From contig CM075997.1 of assembly GCA_038087875.1 (NCBI GenBank), forward strand, positions 2,916,001 to 2,980,000: 64,000 bases of DNA, given 5' to 3'. A program made the translations under genes and the position numbers. Below, one piece after another: positions 13,779 to 27,240 of this stretch (within the stretch, counting starts at the first letter, position 1; each line of letters begins with the position of its first letter). The notes beneath the pieces are model-generated. The model had not been told where the DNA came from. It searched no databases and worked only from the letters and a program-made list of their open reading frames with translations. Origin of the DNA: Malacoraja senta (Eukaryota).

Positions 13779-14352
13779 ATTCAGATTAGTCCTAATGCCT
13801 CACCGAGCTTGCCCCAACATCACCGCTGTCCCGGTGACATTCCGTGCCTTCAAGTCTGTTCTGTGCCTCATTACCTCGAGTGCCAACACATCGAGTGCCA
13901 ACACCAACACCACTAAAATGTCACTGAGCTAATATCATTCCCATTGCTGTTGGCCTGCATGTACTGGTGCCAATGCTATTTAATTGTCATTGTGTTCCAA
14001 TATCATCACCATTAGTGAATCACCTTGTGTGTACTGATAACATTAACACGTTGACACCCTGTGTGCTAATATCATTCATATTAGCATGTCACGGTGAGTT
14101 CCAATGTTATTAATATTTATCACTGTGTGAGCCTTTACCATTACTATTAGTAGGGCCACTGTTTGTGTTGTATTATCACTGCGCATGTGCTAATATTATT
14201 CCTATAATATGTCACCTTGTGTGTGCTAATATTATTTCAATTAACATCTTGTTGTCCATACTATTAGGATCATTACGGTCCTGGTGGATGCCATTCCTAA
14301 CTGTATTGAACCATCCCTCTCAGTATGTGTGTGAGTGTGTGTGTGTGTGTGT

Positions 14353-14384
<32 letters not shown>

Positions 14385-14450
14385 ACTAATATCATGGCCA
14401 AAAGAACATCATTCCATGTGTTCATATCATTTCTGTCAGTGTGACACTGG

Positions 14451-14507
<57 letters not shown>

Positions 14508-14781
14508 GGGAATACCGTGTGCCAGCATCATTAGAAGATGGAACATAGGACAGTACAGCACCACACACGAACAGACCTTTCGGCCCACAAAGTCCGTGCT
14601 GAACATGACGCCAGGTTAAACTAATATTCAATGCCAGGACATGATCCATATCCCACCGTTCCCTGCATATCTGTGTGCCTATCTCAAATACTTTTAAATG
14701 CAGTTATCATTAATGCCTCCACCACCACCCCTGGCTTTGTGTTCCAGGCACCCATTGTGCACATATCATTGTGTACATATC

Positions 14782-14895
<114 letters not shown>

Positions 14896-16483
14896 AATAT
14901 GTGTGTGTGTGTGTGTGTCAATATGTGTGTGTGTGTGTGTGTGTTTGTCAATGTGTGTGTGTGTGTGTATAAACATGTGTGTATATTTGTGTGTGTCTGT
15001 CAATGTGTGGTCATTCTATGTGTGTGTGTGTGTGTATGTCCATCAGTGTGTGTGTCACTCTGTGTGTCACTGTATATATATGTATGTGTGTGTGTGTGTT
15101 TATTGTGTATATATGTGTGTCCGTCAGTGTGTGCGTGTCACTATGTGTGTCAATGTGTGTGTCAGTTTACATGTGTGTCACTCTGTGTGTGTGTGTATGT
15201 CAATGTATGTGTCAGGTTACATGTATGTCAATGTGTGTGTATGTGTGTGTGCGTGTGTGTATGTGTGTGTATGTGCGTGTGTGTGTCAATGTATGAGTCG
15301 GGTTACATGTATGTCACTGTGTGTGTGAGCACTATCAATACAATGAATACATTACCAGAGTGCTGAAGTCATTGCTACTTGTACCATGAATGAGCGAATA
15401 TTCCAGTTAGCGTTTCTTTGTGTGTGTACTAACATTATTCCATTAGTGTCACTCTATGGGAACTAACGTCATCTGGAATAGATTGCTGTAATATTATTCC
15501 TATTTGTATGCTACCCTGTGAGTATGTGGGAACAGTAACATCTGTGTGCCCTCAGTATGCTGTTATCTTCATTATTACAGTATCTGGAGCAGTTCACTGA
15601 GTTACAGTTCATGTTTTTAGATCACTGTGTGCGCGTGAATATTTACGCTTTTGTGTGCTTTTGCCTGAGTTCACAAGATCTAGAATTAGGCCATTCGGCC
15701 CATCAGGTCTACTCCGCCATTCAATCATGGCTGATCTAACTTTCCCTCTCAACCTCATTCTCCTGCCTTCTCCGCATAACCCCTGATACTCTTACTAGTC
15801 AAGAATCAATCGATCTCCGCCTTAAAAATGCCCATTGACGTCCTTTACGGCCTTTGTGCCGATTAATTTCACAGATTCAGCACAATCTGACTAAAGAAAT
15901 CCTTCCTCATCTCCTTTCTAAAAGTACATCCTTTTATTCTTAGGCTGTGACCTCTGGTCCTATCCTCTCCCCCTAGTGGAAACATCCTCTCAACATTCAC
16001 TCGCTCCAGGCTGTTATCCACATCTAAATGCGTGTGGGCCTATCTCTGAGTTAGTTTTTCAATCACTTGCCTGGTCGTTAGAGGCAGCGCATAGATTCTC
16101 TCCCTGCCCCTGAAAATTGTCTGCATTTAAATACTGTCCCGTTGTGGGGTTGGGGGGGATGTAGAGCAAAACCCACTAAAGATCCTCCACAGATGCTGCC
16201 TGACCTGCTGTGTTCCTCCAGCACTTTGTCTGTGCCTCAAAACCTACCAAAGTGCTGAAAACCTGATGAACCCTCTGAGCATGGTTGCGCAGTGGTAGAG
16301 CTGCTGCCTTACAATGCCAGGGACCCGGGTTTGATCTTGACCTTGGGTGCTGTTTGTCAGGAGTTTGCAAGTTCTTCCCGTGACCGCATGGGTTTTCTCC
16401 GGGTGCTCCGGTTTCTTCCCACATTCCAAAAAGATGCAGACATACAGATTAATTGTCTTCTATAAATTGTCCCTGGTGTGTAG

Positions 16484-17153
16484 GACAACAGGCAGTGAAG
16501 AAAGCTAATGAAATGTTGGCCTTCATAACAAGAGGATTTCAGTATAGGAGTAAAGAGGTTCTTCTGCAGTTGTATAGGGCTCCGGTAAGACCACATCTGG
16601 AGTATTGTGTATTTTGGTCTCCTAATTTGAGGAAGGACATCCTTGTGATTGAGGCAGTGCAGCGTAGGTTCACGAGATTGATCCCTGGGATGGCAGGACT
16701 GTCATATGAGGAAAGATTGAAAAGACTGGGCTTGTATTCACTGGAGTTTAGAAGGATGAGGGGGAATCTTATAGAAACATATAAAATTATAAAAGGACTG
16801 GACAGGCTAGATGCAGGAAAAATGTTCCCAATGTTGGGCGAGTCCAGAACCAGGGGCCACAGAATATAGGGGAGGCCATTTAAGACTGAGGTGAGAAAAA
16901 ACTTTTTCACCCAGAGAGTTGTGAATTTGTGGAATTCCCTGCCACAGAGGGCAGTGGAGGCCAAATCACTGGATGGATTTAAGAGAGAGTTAGATAGAGC
17001 TCTAGGGGCTAGTGGAATCAAGGGATATGGGGAGAAGGCAGGCACGGGTTATTGATTGGGGACGATCAGCCATGATCGCAATGAATGGCGGTGCTGGCTC
17101 GAAGGGCCGAATGGCCTCCTCCTGCACCTATTTTCTATGTTTCTATGTTTCTA
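16484..17153 (+). mobile_element. CR1 LINE 3' fragment nested in a V-SINE
   Basis: QQAVKKANEMLAFI...RPHLEYC...LYSLEFRRMRG. SINE sequence is present on both sides (16281-16483 and 17155-17390). Confidence 0.88.
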
Positions 17154-17589
17154 TCTAGTGTACTGGTGATCGCAGGTCGGCGTGGACCGCACGGGTTTTT
17201 CTCCGGGTGCTCCGGTTTCTTCCCACATTCCAAAAACATGCAGATTTGTAGACATGCGGATTAAATGTCTTGGATAAATTGTCCCCGGTGTACGGGACAG
17301 AACTAGTGTACGGGTGATCGCTGGTCGCCGTGGACTCGGTGGGCCGAAGGGCCTGTTTCCAAGCTGCATCTCTGAAGCTAAACTAAACGAAAAAACTATT
17401 CGTTAAATTAAAAATGATTTTCTTCAAAAACTATTTGAAACACCAAACCACTGACACAATGTTAAAACCAAACAGCAGACAAGTAAAGAAACTGTGGACA
17501 GCTTGAGTGCGTTCATGTGCAGTCCTTTCTCTGGCTGAATACACGCAAACGAACGGTTTTCACTGAACCTCAGCACAAGTGACATTACT

Positions 17590-18007
17590 TTTTTTTTTTC
17601 TTTTTTTTAAATTTTTATTTATTAGAAGTACATTACATTACAACCACATACATTAGTACTCGTCATTTATATCTTCTTACAATTAATGTACTCCATTTAT
17701 TTTTTACACTAGAAAAGGAAAAGATTGAAAGAAAGAAGAAAGTGAAGGAAAAAGTGAAAGTGTAGAAAATGTGACAACAAAAAAGGACGAAGACCCTATA
17801 AGAGCAAAATTAAAAACAAAAGAAAAAGAGTTAAGAAATAGACCCTAGAAAAGAAAGAGAAAGAGAAAGAGGAAAAAGAGAGAAACAAATATTTTTATGA
17901 GCATTACGCAAATGGGACATACCAACTCTTCAACTATCATCCCCCCTTACCTGACCTAAATTTTTTTTTTTTTAAGTACTTTTGCACCCTATATTTGTAA
18001 TATTTCT
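17590..18007 (-). mobile_element. Poly(A)-tailed retroposed insert (L1-type TPRT product)
   Basis: 15-bp TSD ACAAGTGACATTACT at 17575-17589 and 18008-18022; poly(T) on + next to an AATAAA on -. Confidence 0.8.
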
Positions 18008-18229
18008 ACAAGTGACATTACTAATCTAAACTATAGTTTCATGCAGCACGGAAACAGACCCTTAGCCCAATGTGTCCACGCCAACCAAATCCCCATCCAC
18101 GCTAATCCCATTTCCCCACACTTGGTCCATATCCCTCTATTCCTTTCCTATCCATGTACCTGTACAAGAGTTTAGTTCAGTTCAATTCAGTTTAGTGTGG
18201 TTCAGTTTAGTTTGGTATGTGTTGTGTAA

Positions 18230-18569
18230 AGGGCCTGTCCCACATTCCCGAGTTATTCACGAATTATCCCGAGTTTTCCCCTTGATTCAAACTCGCAGAA
18301 TGTCCGTAACGAGTCCGTAGGAGTCCGTGGATATATCGTAGCGGCTCGTTATGCCAGCCGTAGCTACTCGGGGCATCAGGTAAGTTGGGACGTTTTTTCC
18401 AGGCTGATGAAAAATGTCCACAAGTAAAAAAATAGCCCCGAGTACCTACGGCTGGCATAACGAGCTGCTACGATATATCCACGGACTCCTACGGACTCGT
18501 TACGAACATTCTGCGAGTTTGAAAACTCGGGAGAATTCGTGAATAACTCGGGAAAGTGGTACAGGCCCT
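18230..18569. mobile_element. PIF/Harbinger-type palindromic MITE
   Basis: taa|AGGGCCTGTCCCAC...GTGGTACAGGCCCT|taa. TAA target duplication; the arms are near-perfect inverted repeats over ~140 bp. Confidence 0.85.
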
Positions 18570-19161
18570 TAAGAAAGAACTGCAGATGCTGGTTTAAATC
18601 GAAGGTAGACACAAAATGCTGGAGTAACTCAGTGGGACATGCAGCATCTCTGCAAGGAATGGGTGACGTTTTGGTTCGAGACCCTTCTTCAGACTGAAAC
18701 GTCACCCATTCCTTCTCTCCAGAGATGCTGCCTGTCCCGCTGAGTGACTCCAGCATTTTGTGTCCACCTTCAGTTTAGTTTAGATTAGTTTAGTTTAGTT
18801 CAGTACAGTGAAAGGTTTATTTGTTGCGTGCTATCCAGTCAGCGGAAAGACTACAAACTTCACGCTATCGCTCTGACTGCTGCTCTTTTGGAATGAATGG
18901 AGCCGCTGTATCGCCATGGAACTGACGCTGGCAAAGCCTGCCTGGCACGTCTCCTCGCCCATGTGCTGCCTGGCACTCTGTCACTTGCCTGCAGGGCTCG
19001 GAGTTCATTCATGAACTCTCCCCGCACAGCTGACCCTGCAGTTACTGTCTGCTGAGTTCGACAACGCCGCCAGTCCCAGGGCACAACTGCCAAGGCACAA
19101 TCTGGACCTTTGTGGCACTGGTCCTGTGCGCATGGCCTGGAGCCGACGTGTAACAATCTGC
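18481..19161 (-). repeat. Copy 2 of the inverted segmental duplication
   Basis: Reverse complement of 8384-9069. Confidence 0.93.
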
Positions 19162-20022
19162 TACTCTGTGTTGCATCAGTCGCCGTGTCGGGTAAATGAT
19201 TATCACCGTGTTGCTACAAGTCAATTAGACCGTCTGCTCACGAGGGTGGGATGGTCTATCTTCAGGTTCGTTGTGAATATTGATGATGGCTTTTGCGTTT
19301 CTTGCATTTGGAAATCACACACAAGACGCTGGAGTAACTCAGCGGGTCTGTGTTATCTCCGGGTGCTCCGGTTTCCTCCCACATCCCAAAGACGAAGCGG
19401 GGTTTGTAGGCTAATTGGCTTCCGCAAATTGTCCCTAGTGTGCAGGGAGTGGAGGAGAAAGTGAATTCACACAGAGGGGCCAGTATGCACATGATGGGCT
19501 GAAGAGCCTGTTGCTGTCTGATTCTTTTAACAAACTTCCCGAGAATGGCTGACAGACGACTCCATTTCTCAGACTACCGTGCCATAGAACAGGCCCTTCG
19601 GCCCCAAAACATGATGCTGTTAAACTAATCTCATCTGCCTGCACGTGATCCTATATCCCTCCATTTCCTGCACGTCCATGTGACTATCTAAAGTATAGTT
19701 TGGTTTATTATTGTCACATGTACTGAGGTACAGAGCTATGCCCTCTAGTTACTCCAGAGTAACTTAAACAAAGTGTTTGCTTAGTTTGGTGAAGTGAAGA
19801 GGTATAGACAATAGGTGCAGGAGTAGGCCATTCGGCCCTTCGAGCCAGCACCGCCATTCAATGTGATCATGGCTGATCATCCCCAATCAGTACCCTGTTC
19901 CTGCCTTCTCCACATATCCCCTGACTCCGCTATCTTTAAGAGCCCTATCTAGCACTCTCTGCAAAGTATCCAGAGAACCGGCCTCCACCACCCTCTGAGG
20001 CAGAGAACTCCACAGACTCACA

Positions 20023-20063
<41 letters not shown>

Positions 20064-20071
20064 CTGTGTGT

Positions 20072-20152
<81 letters not shown>

Positions 20153-22214
20153 TGTGTGTGTCTATGTGTGTCTATGTGTGTGTGTCTATGTGTGTGTGTC
20201 TATGTGTGTGTGTTGTGTGTGTGTGTTGTGTGTGTGTGTGTGTATGTCTGTTTTTGCACACCTGTTTGTGTCTGCATGTGTATGTGTGTCCGTGTGTGCG
20301 CGTGTCTGTATGCGTGAGTATGTTTGCATGTGTGCGTGCACGTGTGTGTGCATGTGTGTGTGAATATAAGCTGCTCTGATAGTGTGCACAACCGGAGATA
20401 AGCTCAGATATAAGATAAATCCCATCCGCACACTTGTATTTTTTTCCACAACCTGACCTGATCGGAAGGCATATAAAGAATACATTTAGTCTGGTACAGA
20501 GACATCGATCGAGAATGGAGGACACAGGCGGGAATACTGAGCAGATCATCCTGACCTGGTGTAGGTACTGGGTCAGCCTGGCCCTGCCCAACCCATACCC
20601 AAACATTCTAGTAGAGTAAGCAGCCAACCGACCCAAACCCCACACACGGAGTCTGATCTCACCAGGAAACCAGTGCTTCAGCATACAGTGACACACAAAA
20701 TGCTGGAGTAACTCAGCAGGTCGGGCAGCATAGAAACATAGAAAATAGGTGCAGGAGGAGGCCATTCAGCCCTTCGAGCCAGCACCGCCATTCATTGTGA
20801 TCATGGCTGATCGTCCCCTATCAATAACCCGTGCCTGCCTTCTCCCCATATCCCTTGATTCCACTAGCCCCTAGAGCTCTATCTAACTCTCTCTTAAATC
20901 CATCCAGTGCCTTGGCCTCCACTGCCCTCTGTGGCAGGGAATTCCAGAAAATTCACAACTCTCTGGGTGAAAAAGTTTTTTCTCACCTCAGTCTTAAATG
21001 ACCTCCCCTTTATTCTAAGACTGTGGCCCCTGGTTCTGGACTCGCCCAACATTGGGAACATTGGGAACATTGGGAACAGCATCTCTGAAGAACATGGATA
21101 GGTGACGTTTCGGGTCAGGACCTTCCTTCGGACTGATTTTAGTGGGAGAGGGGGCGTATTCTATGCATTAACGTCACTGAAATTCCACGATGAGTCGCTG
21201 TTTAGTTCACAGATGCAGCATGGAAACAGGCCCTTCGGCCCACAGCGCCCAGGCCAGCCATCGATCACCCGTTCACACACTAGTTCTATGTTACCCCACT
21301 TTCTCATCCACTCCCTGCACGTGAGGGCAATTTACAGAGGTCGATGAACCTACAAACCTGCATGTCTTTGGGATGTGGGAAGAAACCGGAACACCCAGAG
21401 GAAACCCACACGATCACAGGGAGAACATGCAAACTCCACACAGACAGCCCGCGTAGTCAGGATCAAACTCGGGCCTCTGGCGCTGTGAGGTGGCAACTCT
21501 ACTGCTGCGCCACTGTGCCGCTCGCAAAAGTAGACTATGGAGTAACGATAGCCACGTCTCAGATAGTGTTCTCGGCAGTTATTTGTACCTGTTGTGTAGG
21601 AAGGAACTGCAGATGCTGGTTTAAACCAAAGATAAACACAATAAGCTGGATTAACTCAGCCAGGTTCAATCCTGACTACGGGTACTGTTTGTACTGAGTT
21701 TATACGCTCTCCCCGTGACCGCGTGGGTTGTCTCCGGGTGCTCCGGTTTCCTCCCATGCCCCAAAGACGCACAGGTTTGTAGGTTAATTGGCTTCTGTAA
21801 ATTGTCCCTAGTGTGTAGGATAGAACTAGTGGACAGGTGATCGTTGGTCGGTGTGGACTCGGTGGGCCGAATGGCCTGTTTCCATGCTGTCTATCTAAAC
21901 TACCGTCGTTTATTATTATTTTGTTTCTCATTATTATAGACATACAGCACCAAAACTGGCCCTTCGGCCCATCGAGTGCAATCTTGGAAGGCTGGGGAAG
22001 GGTTGAGGGGCCAACTCTGGCTCCTTGTGCTTGCGGAAGCTCGTTGAGTGCAAATTGTCTTCGGGGTGGGGGGGGGGGGGGGGACGGATGGACACATTTT
22101 CAGATCACCTCCCTCAATTCGGGAGCTCCTGAGGTTGTGCTGCGGAGATTTAAGACCCCCCGGGTCTCACGTTTCGCTGATGTTTACCTGCTATTTCTGT
22201 TCTTCTTCCCAAAG

Positions 22215-23369
22215 ATCTACCCTGTGGTGACCAACATGAATCCCAGCCTTGGCTCGATGAACGGATACATGGGCATGAATTCCATGGGGTCCATCGGCAA
22301 CCTGTCGCCTGCCTCCCTCAACATGTCCTACACCAACCTCAGCCCACCCCTCTCGGTGCTGTCCCCCACCATCGGCCAGATCACCAACGGGCCCTCGTCG
22401 GTACAGTGCTCCATCAGTCCCGGCATCGGATCGCACGCCGGGCAGACCCCACCGATCAACTCCATCTCCTACCAGCCCATGAACCAGCCCCTGGGCTCCA
22501 TGGCCTACTCGCCGGGACTAGGCCGAGGGAAGGAGCCAAAACCCTATCGGAGGAACTTCAGCCACGCCAAGCCTCCTTACTCCTACATCTCCCTGATCAC
22601 CATGGCGATCCAGCAAGCCCCCAGCAAGATGCTGACCCTCAACGAGATCTACCAGTGGATCATGGACCTCTTCCCCTACTACAGGGAGAACCAGCAGAGG
22701 TGGCAGAATTCCATCCGCCACTCCCTCTCCTTCAACGACTGCTTTGTCAAAGTGCCCCGATCCCCGGACAAACCGGGCAAGGGTTCCTACTGGGCGTTGC
22801 ACCCAGACTCGGGCAACATGTTCGAGAACGGTTGCTACCTGCGCCGCCAGAAGCGCTTCAAGTGCCAGAAGGAGAAGCTGGCGGCCCGCTCGGGTCTCGA
22901 CCCCGGTGCCAAGGGGCTGGAGAACGTCCCCGAGGGCAAGGCCCCGAGCCCCGGCTCCGAGGACGCGGAGTCCAGCCGTTCGGACACCTCGCCGCGATCG
23001 GACGAGCAGAGGACGCTGACCGAGTTGAGGTGCCAGCGGGTGGACAACCCAAACTCCGCGGCCGCCCCCTCCCCCCACACCATGGGCCACCCGCTCCTGA
23101 CGTCCTCCATCCAGCACCTGCCCGACCTCCACAGCGAGCTGAAGATGGACCCTCACTACAGCTTCAACCACCCTTTCTCAATCACCAACCTGATGTCCTC
23201 CGAGCAGTCCCACAAGATGGACCTCAAACTCTACGAGCAACCACTACCCTACAGTAACACGTACAACTCGCTGGTGGGCAAAACCGGCTACGACACGCCG
23301 GGGCCCATCAACGACTCGAGCTCCTACTACCAGGTGATGTACAACAGGTCGGTTCTCAACACCTCCTAA
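22215..23369 (+). CDS. foxa3: Forkhead box A3 (HNF3-gamma), second/main coding exon
   Basis: Polypyrimidine acceptor tttctgttcttcttcccaaag|ATC at 22215, phase 0, as for the FOXA exon 2. Forkhead domain [63 protein letters not shown]...[19 protein letters not shown]1 motif [13 protein letters not shown]-terminus [14 protein letters not shown], stop TAA 23367-23369. LNEIY, YRENQQ and RSVLN resemble fish FoxA3, and linkage to rtn2 supports the paralogue call. Confidence 0.93.
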   Translation: MYPVVTNMNPSLGSMNGYMGMNSMGSIGNLSPASLNMSYTNLSPPLSVLSPTIGQITNGPSSVQCSISPGIGSHAGQTPPINSISYQPMNQPLGSMAYSPGLGRGKEPKPYRRNFSHAKPPYSYISLITMAIQQAPSKMLTLNEIYQWIMDLFPYYRENQQRWQNSIRHSLSFNDCFVKVPRSPDKPGKGSYWALHPDSGNMFENGCYLRRQKRFKCQKEKLAARSGLDPGAKGLENVPEGKAPSPGSEDAESSRSDTSPRSDEQRTLTELRCQRVDNPNSAAAPSPHTMGHPLLTSSIQHLPDLHSELKMDPHYSFNHPFSITNLMSSEQSHKMDLKLYEQPLPYSNTYNSLVGKTGYDTPGPINDSSSYYQVMYNRSVLNTS

Positions 23370-24969
23370 CCACCATTTCCACATCAGACGGAATGAGAAC
23401 TGCAGACCAGTTCCCTGTACAGACTGTCCATAACATCTCAACCTCTCCGTGTTCACCAAGGACTCAACCGATGCCACCATTATTCAGCCACCCCCCCTAC
23501 CCCCATCTTGTCTTTAGAAAGAGCCGGGAGCAGCAGTAGGCCACTCGGCCCCTCAAGCCTGTACCTGAATTTCATCATGGCTGCCCTTCCCTTAGCCTCT
23601 TCTGCGCCACTTTTCCATAACTCTCATATCCTGACTTTTGCAAATATTTATCTATCTCCGCCTTAAATATATCTAATGGCTCAACCTCCGCCACCCCAGA
23701 GATTCCCTAGCCTTTGAGAAACATTTCTAACCCCCTCAGTTTTAAGTGTGCAATTATTGTTGGGCCAACATCCAATGTCAAGCATCCTCATGTCCATGAC
23801 TCTCCCAACAAGGAAGACATCCCAACATCTACCTCATCTCCAGCCCCCTTACAGTCTTACATGCTTGAGTAAGGTCTGCAGAGTTGAATAGCGGTCCTGG
23901 AATCTTACAGCATTCACACAGGTTCATTGGCACCTTGAGTTTACGCATGGCATGGCTGGTAGAGCCGCTACCTCACAGCGCCAGAGGCCCAGGTTCGATC
24001 CTGGCCACAGATGTCAGTCTGTGACTACATGGGTTTCCTCCTGGGTGCTCCGGTTTCATCCCACGCTCCAAGGACCTGCAGGTTTGTAGGTCAACTGCCT
24101 TTGGTAAGTTGTAAAATTGTCCCTAGAATGTCGGAGAGTGCGAGTTTACGTGATGATCGCTGGTCGGCACGGACTCGGTGGGCCGAAGGATCTATTTCCA
24201 TGCTGTATCTCTAAAGTCTAAAGCAAAGTCCAAAGACGGCTGTGGAGACCAAATCTTTGGTCTTTTTTAAGGCGGAGATTGACAATATTTTGATTAGTAC
24301 AGGTGTCAAAGGTTATGGGGAGAAGGCAGGAGAGTGGGGTTGAAGGGGAAGATAGATCAGCCAGGATTAAATGGTGGAGTAGACTCGATGGGCCGAATAG
24401 CCTAATTCTGCTCCGATAACATGAACTTATGAACACACCTGAAGGGTTTCTTGCTGATAAATCACAGAGGTTTTAGAATGTTGATTTTCAGGAGCATTGT
24501 TGCTGTTTGAGGCCCTTGGGTAGGTGGTGAGATTCAGTTTGACACGCAATTCCTATTGAAGTGCACATGGCTGGAGATTTGAGTGCACTTTGCCTATCCT
24601 TATCATTGCATATAGTGCAATACTTCATTCACAAGCGAAGGATAACATTCCCATTGTCCCCGGAACAATGTCCCTGAAACAGTAGGCCCAGAATCAGAAT
24701 CTGAATCTGTGGAATTGCATCCCAATAATAGTCAGCGTTCCTGAAATTGTATTTTTGTAATATTTAACATACCCAGAACCCGTGTCCCAGCACAGGACCG
24801 TATCAAGGCAACGGTCAACGTTCCCGGAAATGAGCCTCACTGATATATCTTACAACTGAACCTCAGTATCAGACAGTCTCCCTGGATCTGTACCCCAGTA
24901 ATTTTCCATCTGTTTCTAAGCCACAAAAGGCATTCCCGGATCTGTACTCAAGGAACAGTCAACAAGCAC

Positions 24970-25480
24970 GGAACTCTATACTAGTATCTGTTGGCAGCAT
25001 TGGAACTGTATCCTGGCAACAGGCAGCACCTCAGGAACTGTATCCTGGCAACAGCTTAGGAACCGTATCCTAGCGACAATCACCATCCCTGGAACTGTAT
25101 TCTGGTAATAGTCAGTACCTTTGGAACTGTATCGTAGCAACGGCAGCCATCTTGGGATCTGTATCCCGGCAACAGTCGGCATCTCTGGAACTGTATCCTG
25201 GCAACAGTTGCCATCTTAGGGACTGTACCCTAGCAACAGTCGGCATCCCTGGAACTGTATCCTGGCAACAGTTGCCATCTTAGGAACTGTATCCCAGCAA
25301 CCGTCGGCATCCCTGGAACTGTAACCTGGTAACAGGCAGCACCTTAGAAACTGTATCCTAGCAACGGCAGCCATCTTGGGATCCGCATCCTAGCAACGGC
25401 AGCCATCTTGGGATCCGCATCCTAGCAACAGGGAGCTCCTCAGGAACTGTATCCTGACAACAGTCGGCATCTCTGGAGCT
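24970..25480. repeat. Degenerate ~30-bp minisatellite (ggaactgtatcctggcaacag...)
   Basis: More than 12 diverged units. Confidence 0.9.
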
Positions 25481-26039
25481 GAACGCAGCGACAAGGATGG
25501 ACTCCAGGAGAGGCGGAGGTTGGATGGGAAATGGAGTGTGGTCGTGGGGGACCCAATAACATATATTTTTAAAATGCATTTCAACTGAGAGAGACTGAGA
25601 AGGGGCAGGGCCACCATGTTGGTATCTTCTCTGCAGTTTGAAGCATAGGATAGTCAGGATTTTTTTACCTTTTGGTAATTGGTTTATGAGGTGAATGTAG
25701 ATATTGTCCTTTGGCCTAAATGTGTAAAACAGATTACATTTAATTTTATTAAGAATATTGTAAATCGTTACAGATTGAAGTTGGGTTCTGGAGATTAGTT
25801 GCTGTATTTAATGTGCTTTTAGCAATGTTTTTTCTTTGTATTTTTAATGTATCTTAGAATAGCTTGTTGAACGTCTTATTTAATTACACATTGAGAGAGA
25901 AGGGAAGGAGACCTCAGTGATAACCTCCCGAGCAACCTCCCTCTGAACAGACTCTACACCGCATGCACTTTAACTGGGGCTAATGGCACATGAGCCTAAA
26001 TATGAAGGCAAATGTGATCAGCCTTGCTCTGGGGGCATC

Positions 26040-26640
26040 CAAACTGGCCTAATACCACAGGCACTAGAACTGGGCCTTGTTCCACAGGCCTGTAACCGGG
26101 CCTAGTACCTCAGGCCTAATGCCACAGGCCTGTAACTGGGCCTAATGCCACAGGCCTGTAACCAGGCCCAGTGTCACAGACCTAATGCCACAGGCCTGTA
26201 ACTAGGCCTGGTACCACAGGTTTGTAACCAAGCCTAGTGCCACTGGCACTGTAACTAGACCTAGTACCACAAGCCTAAAACTGGGCCTAGTGACACAGGC
26301 CTCTAACCGGCCTGGTGCCATAGGCCTGTAACTGGGCCCACTGTCACAGGCCTGTAACCGGACCTAAGGCCACTGGCACTGTAACTAGACCAAGTTCCAC
26401 AAGCCTAAAGCTGGGCCTAGAGCCACAGGCCTCTAACCGGGCCTTGTGTCAGGGGCTGGTAACCGGACCTAATGCCAGAGGCCTGTAATCAGGGTAGTGC
26501 CAGAGGCTTATAACCAGGCCCAGTGTCACAGGCCAATACCCATTCCTGGTGCCACAGGCCTGTAACTGAGCCTAGTAACAGTCCTCAGTGTCCCATGCAC
26601 CACGGACCAACTGGTTACAGCCCCAGTACTCTGGGCAGAT
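26040..26640. repeat. Degenerate ~26-bp minisatellite (gccacaggcctgtaactgggcctagt)
   Basis: About 20 diverged units with an internal AGGCCT palindrome. Confidence 0.9.
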
Positions 26641-26921
26641 ATTGTAGTTACCAGCGCAGTAACCGGGCGGCCTTTACCAGCTCTGATTGCTGTTTGGTGA
26701 GCTGGCTTCTGTGCAGGTGTTGGTGATGCCAGCGCAGAGAGAGCGGCAGCAGATGCAGGCCTCATGCCCATTGTCCCCGCGCGGTGGCCATGCTTTAAGA
26801 GGGTCCAGGTTGCTTAATCCCCCGCTCCTTCCCTGGGTGAGGATGAAGAAGTGCATCAGTCGGGAGCTCTCTCAGTCAGACCATGCTTCCGACTCTTTGT
26901 TAAATTTGTGATGACAATTAT

Positions 26922-26927
26922 ATTAAA
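26922..26927 (+). terminator. Possible foxa3 polyadenylation signal (ATTAAA)
   Basis: ATTAAA at the end of a largely non-TE block, after U-rich 3'UTR-like sequence (25650-25890). I saw no AATAAA earlier after the stop codon. Confidence 0.3.
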
Positions 26928-27240
26928 AAAATGAAATTATTTTCAGTACCACTGTCTCAGTCGCTTGTTTTCACTTCACAACACAGAACACGGAATTCCA
27001 AAGACGTACGTTTGTAGGTTAATTGGCTTTGGTACAAATTGTAAATTGTCCCTGGTGTATAGGATAGTGCTAGTGTACGGGGATCGCTGGTCAGCGCGGA
27101 CCCGGTGGGCCCAAGGGGCCTCTTTCCACTCTGTATCTCTAAACTAAACTAAACATAAGTCCGAAGAAGGGTCTCGACCCAAAACGTCACCCATTCCTTC
27201 TCTCCGGAGATGCTGCCTGTCCCGCTGAATTACTGACATC

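Noticed and set aside
21837..22214. N-terminal 126 aa of the 510-aa ORF as part of FoxA3
   Set aside because: It starts inside a SINE tail at a non-ATG codon and runs through intron sequence up to the acceptor at 22214.
22191..23257. Alternative-frame and antisense ORFs over foxa3
   Set aside because: Expected shadows of a GC3-rich coding exon; no independent signals.
24970..26640. Repeat arrays as CRISPR-like loci
   Set aside because: Vertebrate DNA, degenerate tandem units without unique spacers, and no cas genes.
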